Shown here one piece after another: positions 1 through 9,099 of a DNA stretch of 37,003 nucleotides (position 1 is its first letter; each line of letters begins with the position of its first letter). The DNA comes from a virus (taxonomy: Duplodnaviria > Caudoviricetes). Where the stretch lies: the IMG/VR virus record IMGVR_UViG_3300025888_000020, positions 1 through 37,003 of that record; one strand, given 5' to 3'. Made by a program: the position numbers and the translations under genes. The notes beneath the pieces were generated by a model, which worked only from the letters and a program-made list of their open reading frames with translations, ran no database searches and was not told where the DNA came from.

Positions 1-866
1 ATAAGATGTTTCATAACAACTTCCTCGACGACTGGTACGTACACAGCAGATGTCGCCAAGACTAATCCGTCAACGTTTTTTATTTTGATATTTGTAATAG
101 TAGCAACACTTCCGAACGGAACAATATATTCAAGCGTGACAACTCCTCCTGTACTTGATTTAGTCTCAAATACAGATATCTCAAGTGTGTCATTTATCAA
201 CACACCGTCGATATCATCTGCTGTGAATGCAGCCACGTCTGACATTAGCTGACTAGATAATGATGGAATACTGGCCAATTTGATGTCCCCCTTTCCAATG
301 AAACTCCAAAAGGGTAATGCTCCGAGAACCCAAGTAGTTCCTAGTCTGTAATTATATACGGTGGTGCTATAACTACACACTTCCGACATGTTTATATTAT
401 AGTACGATAGAGGCTTATTAACAAAGACAATATTAGCAGGTTTTACTTTAGACATTGTAACATAGATCTCTTGGAACCAAGATTGATTTTCAGCTGTCGA
501 CTCTACTGTGAGTGTGTGCGTGCTGTAATTCATAAATATATTCCAGTTACCTACGCCTATAATCGAATCTAACTTATTTCTAAGAAACTGCATGGTATAA
601 GGTGTTTCCATGTTTAATCTGTTTAGAACACGAGCGCGTCTAAAGTCTGTTGACTCGATTGCAAGATTAGGAATAATATGAAATATATTCTCGTATCTAG
701 CAATACCCTCTACTGTGCTTGTTTGGATAAACTGATTATCTCGAAGTACTATAAAATCAGACATTGCTTGATCGAACATTGTCTGTTCTACTTCGCATAA
801 TATGTCTGTTTCATTTACACCTTTATATATCTCAGGAAGATAAGATGCAATTGTATCTGTATTCAC
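1..866 (-). CDS. Baseplate wedge protein, XkdU/DUF2313-like (3' end runs off the window)
   Basis: Not in the ORF track. Manual translation from GTG 866 (overlaps baseplate J stop) is open to base 1: MNTDTIASYLPEIYKG...DNQFIQTSTVEGIARYE...DFRRARVLNRLN...VKPANIVF. Follows baseplate J. Confidence 0.8.
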   Translation of the reverse strand, partial: MNTDTIASYLPEIYKGVNETDILCEVEQTMFDQAMSDFIVLRDNQFIQTSTVEGIARYENIFHIIPNLAIESTDFRRARVLNRLNMETPYTMQFLRNKLDSIIGVGNWNIFMNYSTHTLTVESTAENQSWFQEIYVTMSKVKPANIVFVNKPLSYYNINMSEVCSYSTTVYNYRLGTTWVLGALPFWSFIGKGDIKLASIPSLSSQLMSDVAAFTADDIDGVLINDTLEISVFETKSSTGGVVTLEYIVPFGSVATITNIKIKNVDGLVLATSAVYVPVVEEVVMKHL

Positions 867-2005
867 GATAACGTAACACCTCCTAAAACAGGTATCTGCT
901 GTGTAGTTGAATTCTCTGTAAGTACCTTGTCTGCGGCCACAGTGTTTATAGTAACTCCGCTGACGTTAGATACACCTGCTACACTTAGTATGCACACAAT
1001 TATTTTAGATAGATAAACAGACAGAGAGTAAGTATTTGTCTCACTAGGTGTTCCCCATTGTTCTTTTAATTCATCTATATACGCCTGTATCGCAATTTCT
1101 ACAGGTGTCTGTATTTGAGCAAGTGTGAAACCTGCGATAAGAGTAACAGTAGCGCCTATAGCAATTGTTAATTCGGAGGCTGTTACGATTGTAACAGCGT
1201 GACCAATAGGAGCAAGACCTAGTCCTGTTCCTCCTACTAGAGGGTCTACTATTTGCTGCACAGAAGCGAGAAGTTCGACGGACACAGGCTCATTAGCCGG
1301 ACTTATGATACTGCATTTCACAGTGCCTCCGCCATCCCATACCGGATAAACCTGTACGTCTCCTACTCCTTCCAACTCTTTAAGCAGAAGACGATATTGT
1401 GCTACATTTCCGCCGAAAGGTGTTTCCGTTATAACTTGAAGGTAACGACTTCTAAGTTCAGTATCTGTTTCAACATCACGAGCACTCACAACAAGAGTAG
1501 ACATTACAGCCGTGGCAATTCCTCGTACATAAGAGATATTCAGTAAGTTACCTGTGTAACCATTACCCACGGTCCCTGTCGTCTCGCATGTAAGAAGATA
1601 AGCACCCGGAACTGCTACATTGTCTACTTCATAATCTCCTAAAACCTGATACACAAGAGGGGAAGTGTCTGAAATAGTAGAAAACCTATCACCTATTCGA
1701 AGTACAAGCGGATCTCCTAGAGAATCAGCAAACACGCCTTTCTTTACAGCGGAGGTAGCAGAATAACGAGATACACCTCTTTCGGCTACACGCATCTCAA
1801 GAGCTTCCCCTGTTGCTGTCTCGATGTATGTGTCAATGTACACATTTCGAAGCTGCATATAAAAATCTGCGAGAACATAACACGCAGGAGCAAGAGCATC
1901 GTATATAATACTTCCTTGACGCTTATCAACGCTATCCGGTACCTGCGCAAGCGCCTGGCTCATTAAGTACGCAAATGAATATTTCTCGATAGATGAGATG
2001 CTCAT
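863..2005 (-). CDS. xkdT: Baseplate J-like protein (XkdT)
   Basis: DKRQGSIIYDALAP, ETDTELRSRY, PFGGNVAQY, VYPVWDGGGTV and GLAPIGH motifs. Start moved to ATG 2005 (ATGA overlap, GGAGG upstream). Confidence 0.9.
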   Translation of the reverse strand: MSISSIEKYSFAYLMSQALAQVPDSVDKRQGSIIYDALAPACYVLADFYMQLRNVYIDTYIETATGEALEMRVAERGVSRYSATSAVKKGVFADSLGDPLVLRIGDRFSTISDTSPLVYQVLGDYEVDNVAVPGAYLLTCETTGTVGNGYTGNLLNISYVRGIATAVMSTLVVSARDVETDTELRSRYLQVITETPFGGNVAQYRLLLKELEGVGDVQVYPVWDGGGTVKCSIISPANEPVSVELLASVQQIVDPLVGGTGLGLAPIGHAVTIVTASELTIAIGATVTLIAGFTLAQIQTPVEIAIQAYIDELKEQWGTPSETNTYSLSVYLSKIIVCILSVAGVSNVSGVTINTVAADKVLTENSTTQQIPVLGGVTLS

Positions 2006-2403
2006 AGTATTACCTCCGCTGCCCATTGTACTTTACCATATATACTCGATATAGTTATTGTAACATCCACAGAATCAATGGTTAATTTTTTGATTAAAAC
2101 AGAGTCAACAGACAGTATTCTCTCATCCTGTAAAAGTGCTTCACGTACACGTCTCGGAAGATCTGCCTCTATATAAGATAAAGACTGGCCTACAAGACTA
2201 TCTATGTCTACTCCGTACAGTCCATTGTAAATTACATTGGCGTATCTTTTAGTACGCATAATTTTATCTACGGACTGAATAAGAGCCTGCTCGTCTGTTA
2301 TAGATCCGGAAATTCTTTTACTTTCAATATCGAGGTTATAAGTCATAGAAGGAAGAGCTTCATTAGCTACCGTACTATTTATAATAATTGTATTTGGTAA
2401 CAT
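2002..2403 (-). CDS. Baseplate/sheath initiator, XkdS/DUF2634-like
   Basis: IYNGLYGVDI...REALLQDERI...ISSIYG motif; AGGAGG RBS; synteny. Confidence 0.8.
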   Translation of the reverse strand: MLPNTIIINSTVANEALPSMTYNLDIESKRISGSITDEQALIQSVDKIMRTKRYANVIYNGLYGVDIDSLVGQSLSYIEADLPRRVREALLQDERILSVDSVLIKKLTIDSVDVTITISSIYGKVQWAAEVIL

Positions 2404-2429
2404 GTTTCTCCTCCTATTGACTTATTACT

Positions 2430-2458
2430 ATTATTGCAAACTATCGAGTAAAAGTAAA
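2430..2458 (-). promoter_or_regulatory. Possible sigma-A-like internal promoter for baseplate genes
   Basis: Minus strand TTTACT-N17-AATAAT with TG at the extended -10 position, in the 72 bp gap before the xkdS-like RBS. Confidence 0.35.
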
Positions 2459-2475
2459 GAACATACGCATCTCTG

Positions 2476-3933
2476 TTATGCAGTTCTTTTCCACATATAC
2501 ACAGGAAGATAAGGAGGCATGATGTCAAGAGCTGTGCCAGAACCGACAGAACCTGTATTTCCTGAGTAGGCTGTTATAGTAGTAGTATGTTGATGAGTGT
2601 TACTTATGTATCCAGAATTTCCCGAAAAATTAGGAAGATCAACTGTATGGGTATGATCGGCACTCATACCATCAGTGGCTCCTGATACAGTGTGAGAATG
2701 ATCGCCTGCTGCATTATTAGTGGCAGTATTAGCACCTATGCCATATGCTCCTTGATACGTGTTTGTGTTTACAGCCGCTACAGCTAATCTAAAAGTAGCA
2801 CCGCCTCCTGCATTTCCTCCAAAGTCAACACCAAAACTCTGTCCAGGTCCTAAGGAGTGATCATGTGCATTCTGAGAATGGTTATGATTTCCTGCGCTAT
2901 TCGATGAACCCGTAAAATTATGTGTATGATTAGCAGACGGATTACCCGTACTGCATGCCCCATGATCATGACTTATGATGTGGGTGTGATTTGCATTCTC
3001 TACTCCGGAAGTAAAGTCGCCATGAGTATGTGCCATAGTATGCACATGAGAAGGTAAATTCGCTGCGGCAATAGTTTTTGTAGTTGTTCCTCCTGTTACT
3101 CCTGCTGCATAAGTAGAACTCGCTCCTATAAGAAATCTGTCCGGTAATGCTGCCCAAGTTCCACCAAAAAGGTCATGAGGATTGGTGCTTGCAACATTCA
3201 TATAAACAGAGCCTATAGGATGTGCAGCTAACAGGGCATCACTTAGGATGGAAGCCATAGCCACTTCAAGAGCTTTACCTCTATCTCCGGCGAAAGCTGA
3301 GTCAGTTGTTTCGCCGATAGACAGAGAGGAACTTATTAAAATGTACTGTGTTCCGGACCACCTGTAGGACTTATTTGTATTCAGAGCTACGTATATAATA
3401 CCAGCCTCACCAGGAGAAGGGAAAACGGACAAGGTAGCATACTCGAGTACATCATTTACAAATGCAGGTAACTGCGAAGCAGGTACAAGTCCGTTTGTAT
3501 CTAGCTGTGCTACTCCTCCATTTATTCCTATAGATGAAGTGTTAACTTTATTAGAATGTTCGTGACTGTCGTCTACTACTGACACATTACCATTAGAGTC
3601 AACAGTTATATCTGTACCACTTTTAACTCCTCCGACAATAGCTGAGGTAGCAACAGGTACAGTGACAACTCCTCCACCTGTTGTATCTAAATTATCTAAA
3701 ATGTAGTACTTCTGTCCGCCGCCGCATCGAAGCATACGAACCCTGTCTGCCACTGCCGGAACTGCTACACTATTAGGCAGCACTACGAAAGTTTCAGTTA
3801 AAACAATCTTGTCAATTTTAACAGAAAGAGGTGATACTGTCTGTACAATACCAATAACCAAATCCGCTGCTTCGTTTGGATTTGGTTTACCTGCTTCCTG
3901 TATAATTTTGACTAGACGTCTGGCGTCACTCAT
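2476..3933 (-). CDS. XkdR/DUF2577-like spike protein fused to a His-rich tail-fibre needle
   Basis: N-terminal ~80 aa (GIVQTVSPLSVKID...DRVRMLRCGGGQKYYILD) is XkdR-like. C-terminal HPIGSVYM...LFGGTW...PPYLPVYMWKRTA encloses ten HxH motifs. Confidence 0.7.
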   Translation of the reverse strand: MSDARRLVKIIQEAGKPNPNEAADLVIGIVQTVSPLSVKIDKIVLTETFVVLPNSVAVPAVADRVRMLRCGGGQKYYILDNLDTTGGGVVTVPVATSAIVGGVKSGTDITVDSNGNVSVVDDSHEHSNKVNTSSIGINGGVAQLDTNGLVPASQLPAFVNDVLEYATLSVFPSPGEAGIIYVALNTNKSYRWSGTQYILISSSLSIGETTDSAFAGDRGKALEVAMASILSDALLAAHPIGSVYMNVASTNPHDLFGGTWAALPDRFLIGASSTYAAGVTGGTTTKTIAAANLPSHVHTMAHTHGDFTSGVENANHTHIISHDHGACSTGNPSANHTHNFTGSSNSAGNHNHSQNAHDHSLGPGQSFGVDFGGNAGGGATFRLAVAAVNTNTYQGAYGIGANTATNNAAGDHSHTVSGATDGMSADHTHTVDLPNFSGNSGYISNTHQHTTTITAYSGNTGSVGSGTALDIMPPYLPVYMWKRTA

Positions 3934-4916
3934 AAGTCAATTACCTCGGTGTTTAGTTCCATTGTATGCTCTTCGTTTTTGATGGTATGCGTACAGTCCG
4001 TCACCAGCATGTACCTGTCAATCACATTTTCCTCGATGTCAGATAACCTTACCCTAATGATACTTCCTGCGGACACCTTAAACGTTCCGAATACTTTCAA
4101 TTTAAGTGTCTTACGTGCTTTGTTATAGAGGCGCAATATACCCATTGCTCTTTCCTCTATCTGCGCAAGATTAAGTCCCTCTGCTACTGACTCATAGTAC
4201 TGAAGTATTCCCCACTCTTTAAGATTATTTCCTCCGTTAATCGTATCGTTTACGATAAAAATATCTCGTTTGCCTGAGGTTTTATTATCTCTATATAATT
4301 TTACTTGATTTGCTACATCCTTGTCAATAGAAGATTCGTATGTGTACGACTGTATTCCTACTTTATCCCCTATAATTAATTCTGTCCATAGTTCTAACAC
4401 ATTCACATGTTCCAGTACTCCGAAATTGTCTCTTATTATATACCATTTATGCGCATGTATTAAAGTGTCGTCTAATGCCGTTTGTATCATCTCATATAAA
4501 GACACACCGTCGTTGCTCTTCGCGGCGCATATGTAACTGCTCTTATTGACGACCCGGTAAGGAATTAGAAAAGCATTGCAAATGTGACTAAATATCTGGT
4601 CGCTTGTCTTTCCTTCAAATACAAAAGAGTCTTTATTTTTTAGATACCGTAAAGCGTCATACGCTGTGATATTCTTAATATTTATATCCTCTGTCTTTTT
4701 AACAGTGAACACGTATCCTCGAAATACCTTAATGTCGTCGTCGGTTACGGAGATTGTAGCGCCTTCGAACACAGGAAAGTTATTGTCATTAATCAAATCA
4801 AAAGTAAATTTTCCTGGCTGCTCTGTTATGTTAGTCACCCAGGATATATTGGATACGGCTTCCGATATATCGTAAAGCCGATTATTCTTATTGTCGTATA
4901 GTGTTACATTTATCAT
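3930..4916 (-). CDS. Baseplate hub, XkdQ/YqbQ-like
   Basis: PGKFTF, VFRGYVF, ITAYDALRYLKNKD, WGILQYYE motifs; ATGA coupling at 4913-4916 (GTG 4931 is an alternative start). Confidence 0.85.
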   Translation of the reverse strand: MINVTLYDNKNNRLYDISEAVSNISWVTNITEQPGKFTFDLINDNNFPVFEGATISVTDDDIKVFRGYVFTVKKTEDINIKNITAYDALRYLKNKDSFVFEGKTSDQIFSHICNAFLIPYRVVNKSSYICAAKSNDGVSLYEMIQTALDDTLIHAHKWYIIRDNFGVLEHVNVLELWTELIIGDKVGIQSYTYESSIDKDVANQVKLYRDNKTSGKRDIFIVNDTINGGNNLKEWGILQYYESVAEGLNLAQIEERAMGILRLYNKARKTLKLKVFGTFKVSAGSIIRVRLSDIEENVIDRYMLVTDCTHTIKNEEHTMELNTEVIDL

Positions 4917-5680
4917 ACAAGCGTCAGCCACTCCTTTTTAACCCAGCCGAGATAACTCCCCGTAGGCGTAGTGACGTGATACGGATGAGTCCCCTTAAGG
5001 TTGATTAAGTTGATCTTACCTGTATAGTTTGTGAATGTCTTACCTGGTTTAGCTCCGTAGCTGTCGTAATGTACTCGACCATTGAGAATAACTGTGCTTC
5101 CTATAACAATATTCGTGTCCGCTCTTGGAGGAGTAGAAACAGGCGCAGGTGCTACAACAGGAGCAACAGCCTCAACAGGAACAGGAATTACAATCTCTGT
5201 TATCTTAAAAGGTTTGTATTCTTTCAAGTCGAGTGTGTAGTACGCATCTTCGTGGTCTCCTGCTTGGTGAAAATACGTAAACCCTTCTACAGATACAAGC
5301 ATATTCACATTGATACCTGTAACAATAAAGCGCAGCGGTTTCTTATTCAGCATTGCAGTGTTGAAGTAGTCTTTGTAGAACCATTCATCTTCAAACTGTC
5401 CTGTGGTACGTATACCCGGAAACCATGTGCCGTGCGGAAAGAAACAATCAAATTGGATGTCAGCTAATTTCCTATCTTTAAGAACATTAACTTCACCCAA
5501 CTTGATTATCTCTGATGTCTTGTTGTTACCCTTGTACTTTACTTCTAACTTCTCTGGGTTGATAGGAAGTTGAATTATACGATTTTCAAATTCAAAGAAA
5601 AAGCCGATGTCCTGCATTGCGCCATCTCTTCTATCTGTTTTAGGAGGACCTGCGAATTGATTACTTTGTGATAAGTCCAT
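4913..5680 (-). CDS. Tail tube initiator, XkdP-like, with C-terminal SH3-like domain
   Basis: QLPINPEKLEV, IIKLGEVN, YYTLDLKEYK; Pro/Ala linker; C-terminal HPYHV...LGWV; AAGGAGG RBS; follows the tape measure gene. Confidence 0.75.
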   Translation of the reverse strand: MDLSQSNQFAGPPKTDRRDGAMQDIGFFFEFENRIIQLPINPEKLEVKYKGNNKTSEIIKLGEVNVLKDRKLADIQFDCFFPHGTWFPGIRTTGQFEDEWFYKDYFNTAMLNKKPLRFIVTGINVNMLVSVEGFTYFHQAGDHEDAYYTLDLKEYKPFKITEIVIPVPVEAVAPVVAPAPVSTPPRADTNIVIGSTVILNGRVHYDSYGAKPGKTFTNYTGKINLINLKGTHPYHVTTPTGSYLGWVKKEWLTLV

Positions 5681-5691
5681 TTCATACCTCC

Positions 5692-7980
5692 TTATGAAGT
5701 TACAAGAGAAGTAGCAAGAGCTTCTTCTGTCATGTCTGTTAATCTATTCATTATAGCATCCATGTCGGCAGTTTCTCTTACATCTCCAAAATTATTTATC
5801 TGCTTAGGCGTAATTGTCTGTAAGTTGAGTAAGAAGTCGCGTGCTGCTACATCTTTGAGCATCTGTATATCTTCATCTGAAATATTTACGTCGCTCTTTA
5901 TGCTGCCAACAGATCCTACATCATCCAACGAACCGCCGCCCATTACAACAGAGTTCGGATCCCATGCGCCCATTTCCGGAACACCTGTTAATCCTTCACC
6001 TATTTTAGTGACCATATCGTCTCCCCATGTGTTGCCTGCGTTCCAAGCATCCATAGGATTTTTAGTATTGCCCATAGCCCAAGGGTCCAGCATAGTCGGA
6101 TCAAGCATCATATCTTTAGAAGCTGTAATCACGTCTTGCATAGGACCATTAATTAAATCCATGTCATCGCGCTTCCAAGTGTTGCCGATATTTGTCATGT
6201 CTGTCTGCCACTGGTCTCCAATTTTATCAAATGTATTGTCGGGATTAAGTGTAGCACTTACGTCGAGTACAGACTTACCCAAGCCCTCCATCCATCCGGA
6301 CACAGCATCAGCTAAACTGGATCCAAATACAGCATCAATAGCAGAGGCTATTAACCACATGATAGCAAGAACGGCTTCGCCTAATCCTGCAAAGACTGCG
6401 TATAGGCCGATGATAAGTCCTTGAAATACTCCGAATATTGCCAGTGCTACAGATATGACAATGGTAACTACCATCTGTAAAACTGTGTATATACCCAAGC
6501 CTAGCCAGATCATCAACTGTAGAAGAGCCTGCACAAGAAGTACGGCTACTGTTATTATGATATTGCAGACGTCTAAGATAATAGCGAGCAACCAGTATAC
6601 TATCGTGATTATCCAAATGACTGCATCATATAGCACAACAGCGACAAATCCAATGCCGCCAACGAAGCCACCTACTATCTGCTGCATAGTTACTCCTGCC
6701 TGCAGAAGCGCGTAGACAAGTACACCCACTATAACAGCTATCAGCAGTATGGGCCACGCGGCTTGCAGCCAGGCAAGCGCCGTAGCGCCTGCAGAAATAA
6801 TAGCTATGGTAGCAAGTCCTGTCATAATACCTGCAAGTACGTCCGAGTTCTCCTGTAACCATTGTACGCCCGCTACAATCTGGTCTATTGCCCATATTGC
6901 GACATTGGCCATTACGTTTAGTCCGTTAGCTATGTCGTTGAGCATAGTAGCACCTTTATCAGATGCGAGAAAGTTTGCAAACTCCCAGGCCTTAGCATTT
7001 ACTTTTGCAAGTGCTCCGTCGCCAATTGACATCTGATATAAGAAGTAATCCCACACCGAGGTTACTTGCTGCATAGCCTGTCCAAACGTCTTGGGCATTT
7101 TGGCGAATGCTGCATCTATCTCAGGTTCCATTGCTTTGAAAGCGTTAAGAAGTCGAGCAGCAGTGAGTTCGCCGTCCGCACCTAATTTCTTAAGATCTCC
7201 AATACCTATACCGGAGAACTTTTCGGGCTCTGTTTTAGCGAGACCTTCTGCCATTACCTTCGCTAAATAAGGAGTTTGCTCTCTTATAGCACGAAGTTCA
7301 TCGCCTTGTAATACGCCAGAAGCAAGACCTTGTGACAACTGGAGTAAAGCACGTCTGTTTTCATCAGAAGTACCGCCGCCTGCGACAAGAGCCTTGTTTA
7401 TAATGCCGGTCATATCGATAGCACCCTGAGCAGACCCTTCGCCTGTCATGGCACCCGATATAAGAATACGTGTAGCTAAGTTACCTGTTTCTTCTAACCC
7501 GGTTCTCGTGCCGATAGCCGTTTGATATACGCCACCGTACAATTGTTCCGGTGTGTACTGTGATTCGTTAAATAGCCCTAATCTCGCCTGTGTAGCACGG
7601 GCTAAGTCAGGGGATGCCATAATGCTTGCAAGAGAATCCTTAATTTGATTGACTATATATAACGCTGACGCGAAATTTACGAGATTAAATCCACCTGAAC
7701 TTACCTTTTGCATAGCATTGGACATCCTGCCGGTAGCGCCTGCTACCTTTTCAGCACCTGTTGCTGCCCGCGCTAAATTATTCTGCATCTTGGTAAGTTC
7801 GTTGTTGGAACGCGCAATGTCTCTTTCGATTGTTGCGTAGGCTTTCTTGTGTGAACTCTTATTAGTCTGCTGATCTATCTTCTGCATCATCTTAAGAGTA
7901 TCATTCATTGTTCTAATGATAGAACGAAAGACGGGAGACATTTGGTCCTGGAGTACTATCGAATTACGTATAGCTGCCAT
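5692..7980 (-). CDS. Tape measure protein
   Basis: ALLQLSQGLASGVLQGDELRAIRE motif, KMPKTFGQ, long hydrophobic stretch; follows tail chaperones. Confidence 0.9.
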   Translation of the reverse strand: MAAIRNSIVLQDQMSPVFRSIIRTMNDTLKMMQKIDQQTNKSSHKKAYATIERDIARSNNELTKMQNNLARAATGAEKVAGATGRMSNAMQKVSSGGFNLVNFASALYIVNQIKDSLASIMASPDLARATQARLGLFNESQYTPEQLYGGVYQTAIGTRTGLEETGNLATRILISGAMTGEGSAQGAIDMTGIINKALVAGGGTSDENRRALLQLSQGLASGVLQGDELRAIREQTPYLAKVMAEGLAKTEPEKFSGIGIGDLKKLGADGELTAARLLNAFKAMEPEIDAAFAKMPKTFGQAMQQVTSVWDYFLYQMSIGDGALAKVNAKAWEFANFLASDKGATMLNDIANGLNVMANVAIWAIDQIVAGVQWLQENSDVLAGIMTGLATIAIISAGATALAWLQAAWPILLIAVIVGVLVYALLQAGVTMQQIVGGFVGGIGFVAVVLYDAVIWIITIVYWLLAIILDVCNIIITVAVLLVQALLQLMIWLGLGIYTVLQMVVTIVISVALAIFGVFQGLIIGLYAVFAGLGEAVLAIMWLIASAIDAVFGSSLADAVSGWMEGLGKSVLDVSATLNPDNTFDKIGDQWQTDMTNIGNTWKRDDMDLINGPMQDVITASKDMMLDPTMLDPWAMGNTKNPMDAWNAGNTWGDDMVTKIGEGLTGVPEMGAWDPNSVVMGGGSLDDVGSVGSIKSDVNISDEDIQMLKDVAARDFLLNLQTITPKQINNFGDVRETADMDAIMNRLTDMTEEALATSLVTS

Positions 7981-7983
7981 TAC

Positions 7984-8172
7984 TTATTTCCTCCCGCCTC
8001 TTGAGCTCTTAATTTTTTTACTTTCTTTTTTCTCTTGTGCGACTCTTTCTTCTATAAAAGCATACATAAGAGCACGTTCTTGCGGAGAAAGGAAGGCGAA
8101 CTCGGCAGGTTTCCATCTAAGTTTCATTACAGCATAGAAACAATACCAAGTGTCGCCGTCATTCTCCGCCAT
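7984..8172 (-). CDS. Tail assembly chaperone, downstream (-1 frame) part
   Basis: WKPAEFAFLSPQERALMYAFIEER motif; lies in the -1 frame relative to the upstream chaperone. Confidence 0.75.
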   Translation of the reverse strand: MAENDGDTWYCFYAVMKLRWKPAEFAFLSPQERALMYAFIEERVAQEKKESKKIKSSRGGRK

Positions 8173-8576
8173 TAGTTTTTTACTTCGTCCATCTCCTCTT
8201 CGATATCTCTGTCGAATCCGGACAGTTTAAGAATACTCTCAGCGAGGAAACTGATTTCTCCTGCAAGCAATACCTTGTACATGAGTTTGGCAGCATCGCC
8301 GTCGAGTACGCCGTTTGCTTTCTGGAAGTCTGCATCCTTGAAGTTGGGCTCGGTTGTGCAATTGATAACAATGAGCTCATTGAACTTCTTGGTGTTGAAA
8401 CTGCGTTTCTTTTGACTGGCAGCATTCTCGATACACAGCTTCTGATAATCATTGTACTGTGAACCCTGAAGCGGCTTTACTGTGAGCTCGAAGTCCTTGA
8501 GACGCCCACCGATGTTGAGTGTCTGTGTCATAGTCGAAATGTCTTGCTTGGACAGGAATTCTTGTAACTTGTTCAT
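8172..8576 (-). CDS. xkdN: Tail assembly chaperone, XkdN-like
   Basis: EPNFKDADFQ, LLAGEI...LSGFD and terminal EVKN; between tube and tape measure genes. Confidence 0.85.
   Translation of the reverse strand: MNKLQEFLSKQDISTMTQTLNIGGRLKDFELTVKPLQGSQYNDYQKLCIENAASQKKRSFNTKKFNELIVINCTTEPNFKDADFQKANGVLDGDAAKLMYKVLLAGEISFLAESILKLSGFDRDIEEEMDEVKN
8175..8181 (-). other. Programmed -1 frameshift slippery site A AAA AAC
   Basis: GTA AAA AAC TAA; a -1 shift reads AAA AAA CTA ATG GCG, entering the 7984-8172 frame. Confidence 0.7.
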
Positions 8577-8601
8577 GGTATTATTTCCTCCTTAAGATTA
8601 A

Positions 8602-9081
8602 TTAGTTACTAAGCTGCGGAGCGACAAATTCGTCCAGGATGTCAGCATCGTCGAATGTGAAATCGAGATCTTCATCCAGTACGTCTGAGTCAACGTCGAA
8701 CTTGGCAATGATTACCGAATCAAGAGAACAGTTTTTTAGAACCGTGGTCTGGCTCCCTGTTGAACTTGCCGGGTCTTCATTTGTTACCATGACGTCAAAA
8801 TACACGGGGATACCGGTCTTGATGTACTGAACGATCATCTTACGGAACAGTGTTGTTACGTAGTAAATGGTCATCGAGCCTGAACCAGACCAGCTGTTCG
8901 GCTTATTCTGCTCTCCGCGTTTGCCGAGAGTTTTAATAGCCGTCTTGTTAACCTTGCAAGTGCCTTCCAACTTCTTAGCGAAGAACATATCTTCGATAGT
9001 GGAAGTACCATCCGGGTTCTTTATGGTCATTCTAGCAATTGCTTCCTGACCAGAAATAGTATCGCCTGCTTTAAGGAACAT
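8602..9081 (-). CDS. xkdM: Tail tube protein, XkdM-like
   Basis: FLKAGDTISGQE, GSGSMTIYYVT, NEDPASSTGSQT, DFTFDD. Confidence 0.9.
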   Translation of the reverse strand: MFLKAGDTISGQEAIARMTIKNPDGTSTIEDMFFAKKLEGTCKVNKTAIKTLGKRGEQNKPNSWSGSGSMTIYYVTTLFRKMIVQYIKTGIPVYFDVMVTNEDPASSTGSQTTVLKNCSLDSVIIAKFDVDSDVLDEDLDFTFDDADILDEFVAPQLSN

Positions 9082-9099
9082 CTAACTCACTCCCTTCTC

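Noticed and set aside
2476-2700. DGR variable region at the fibre C-terminus
   Set aside because: No template repeat or reverse transcriptase seen in the window.
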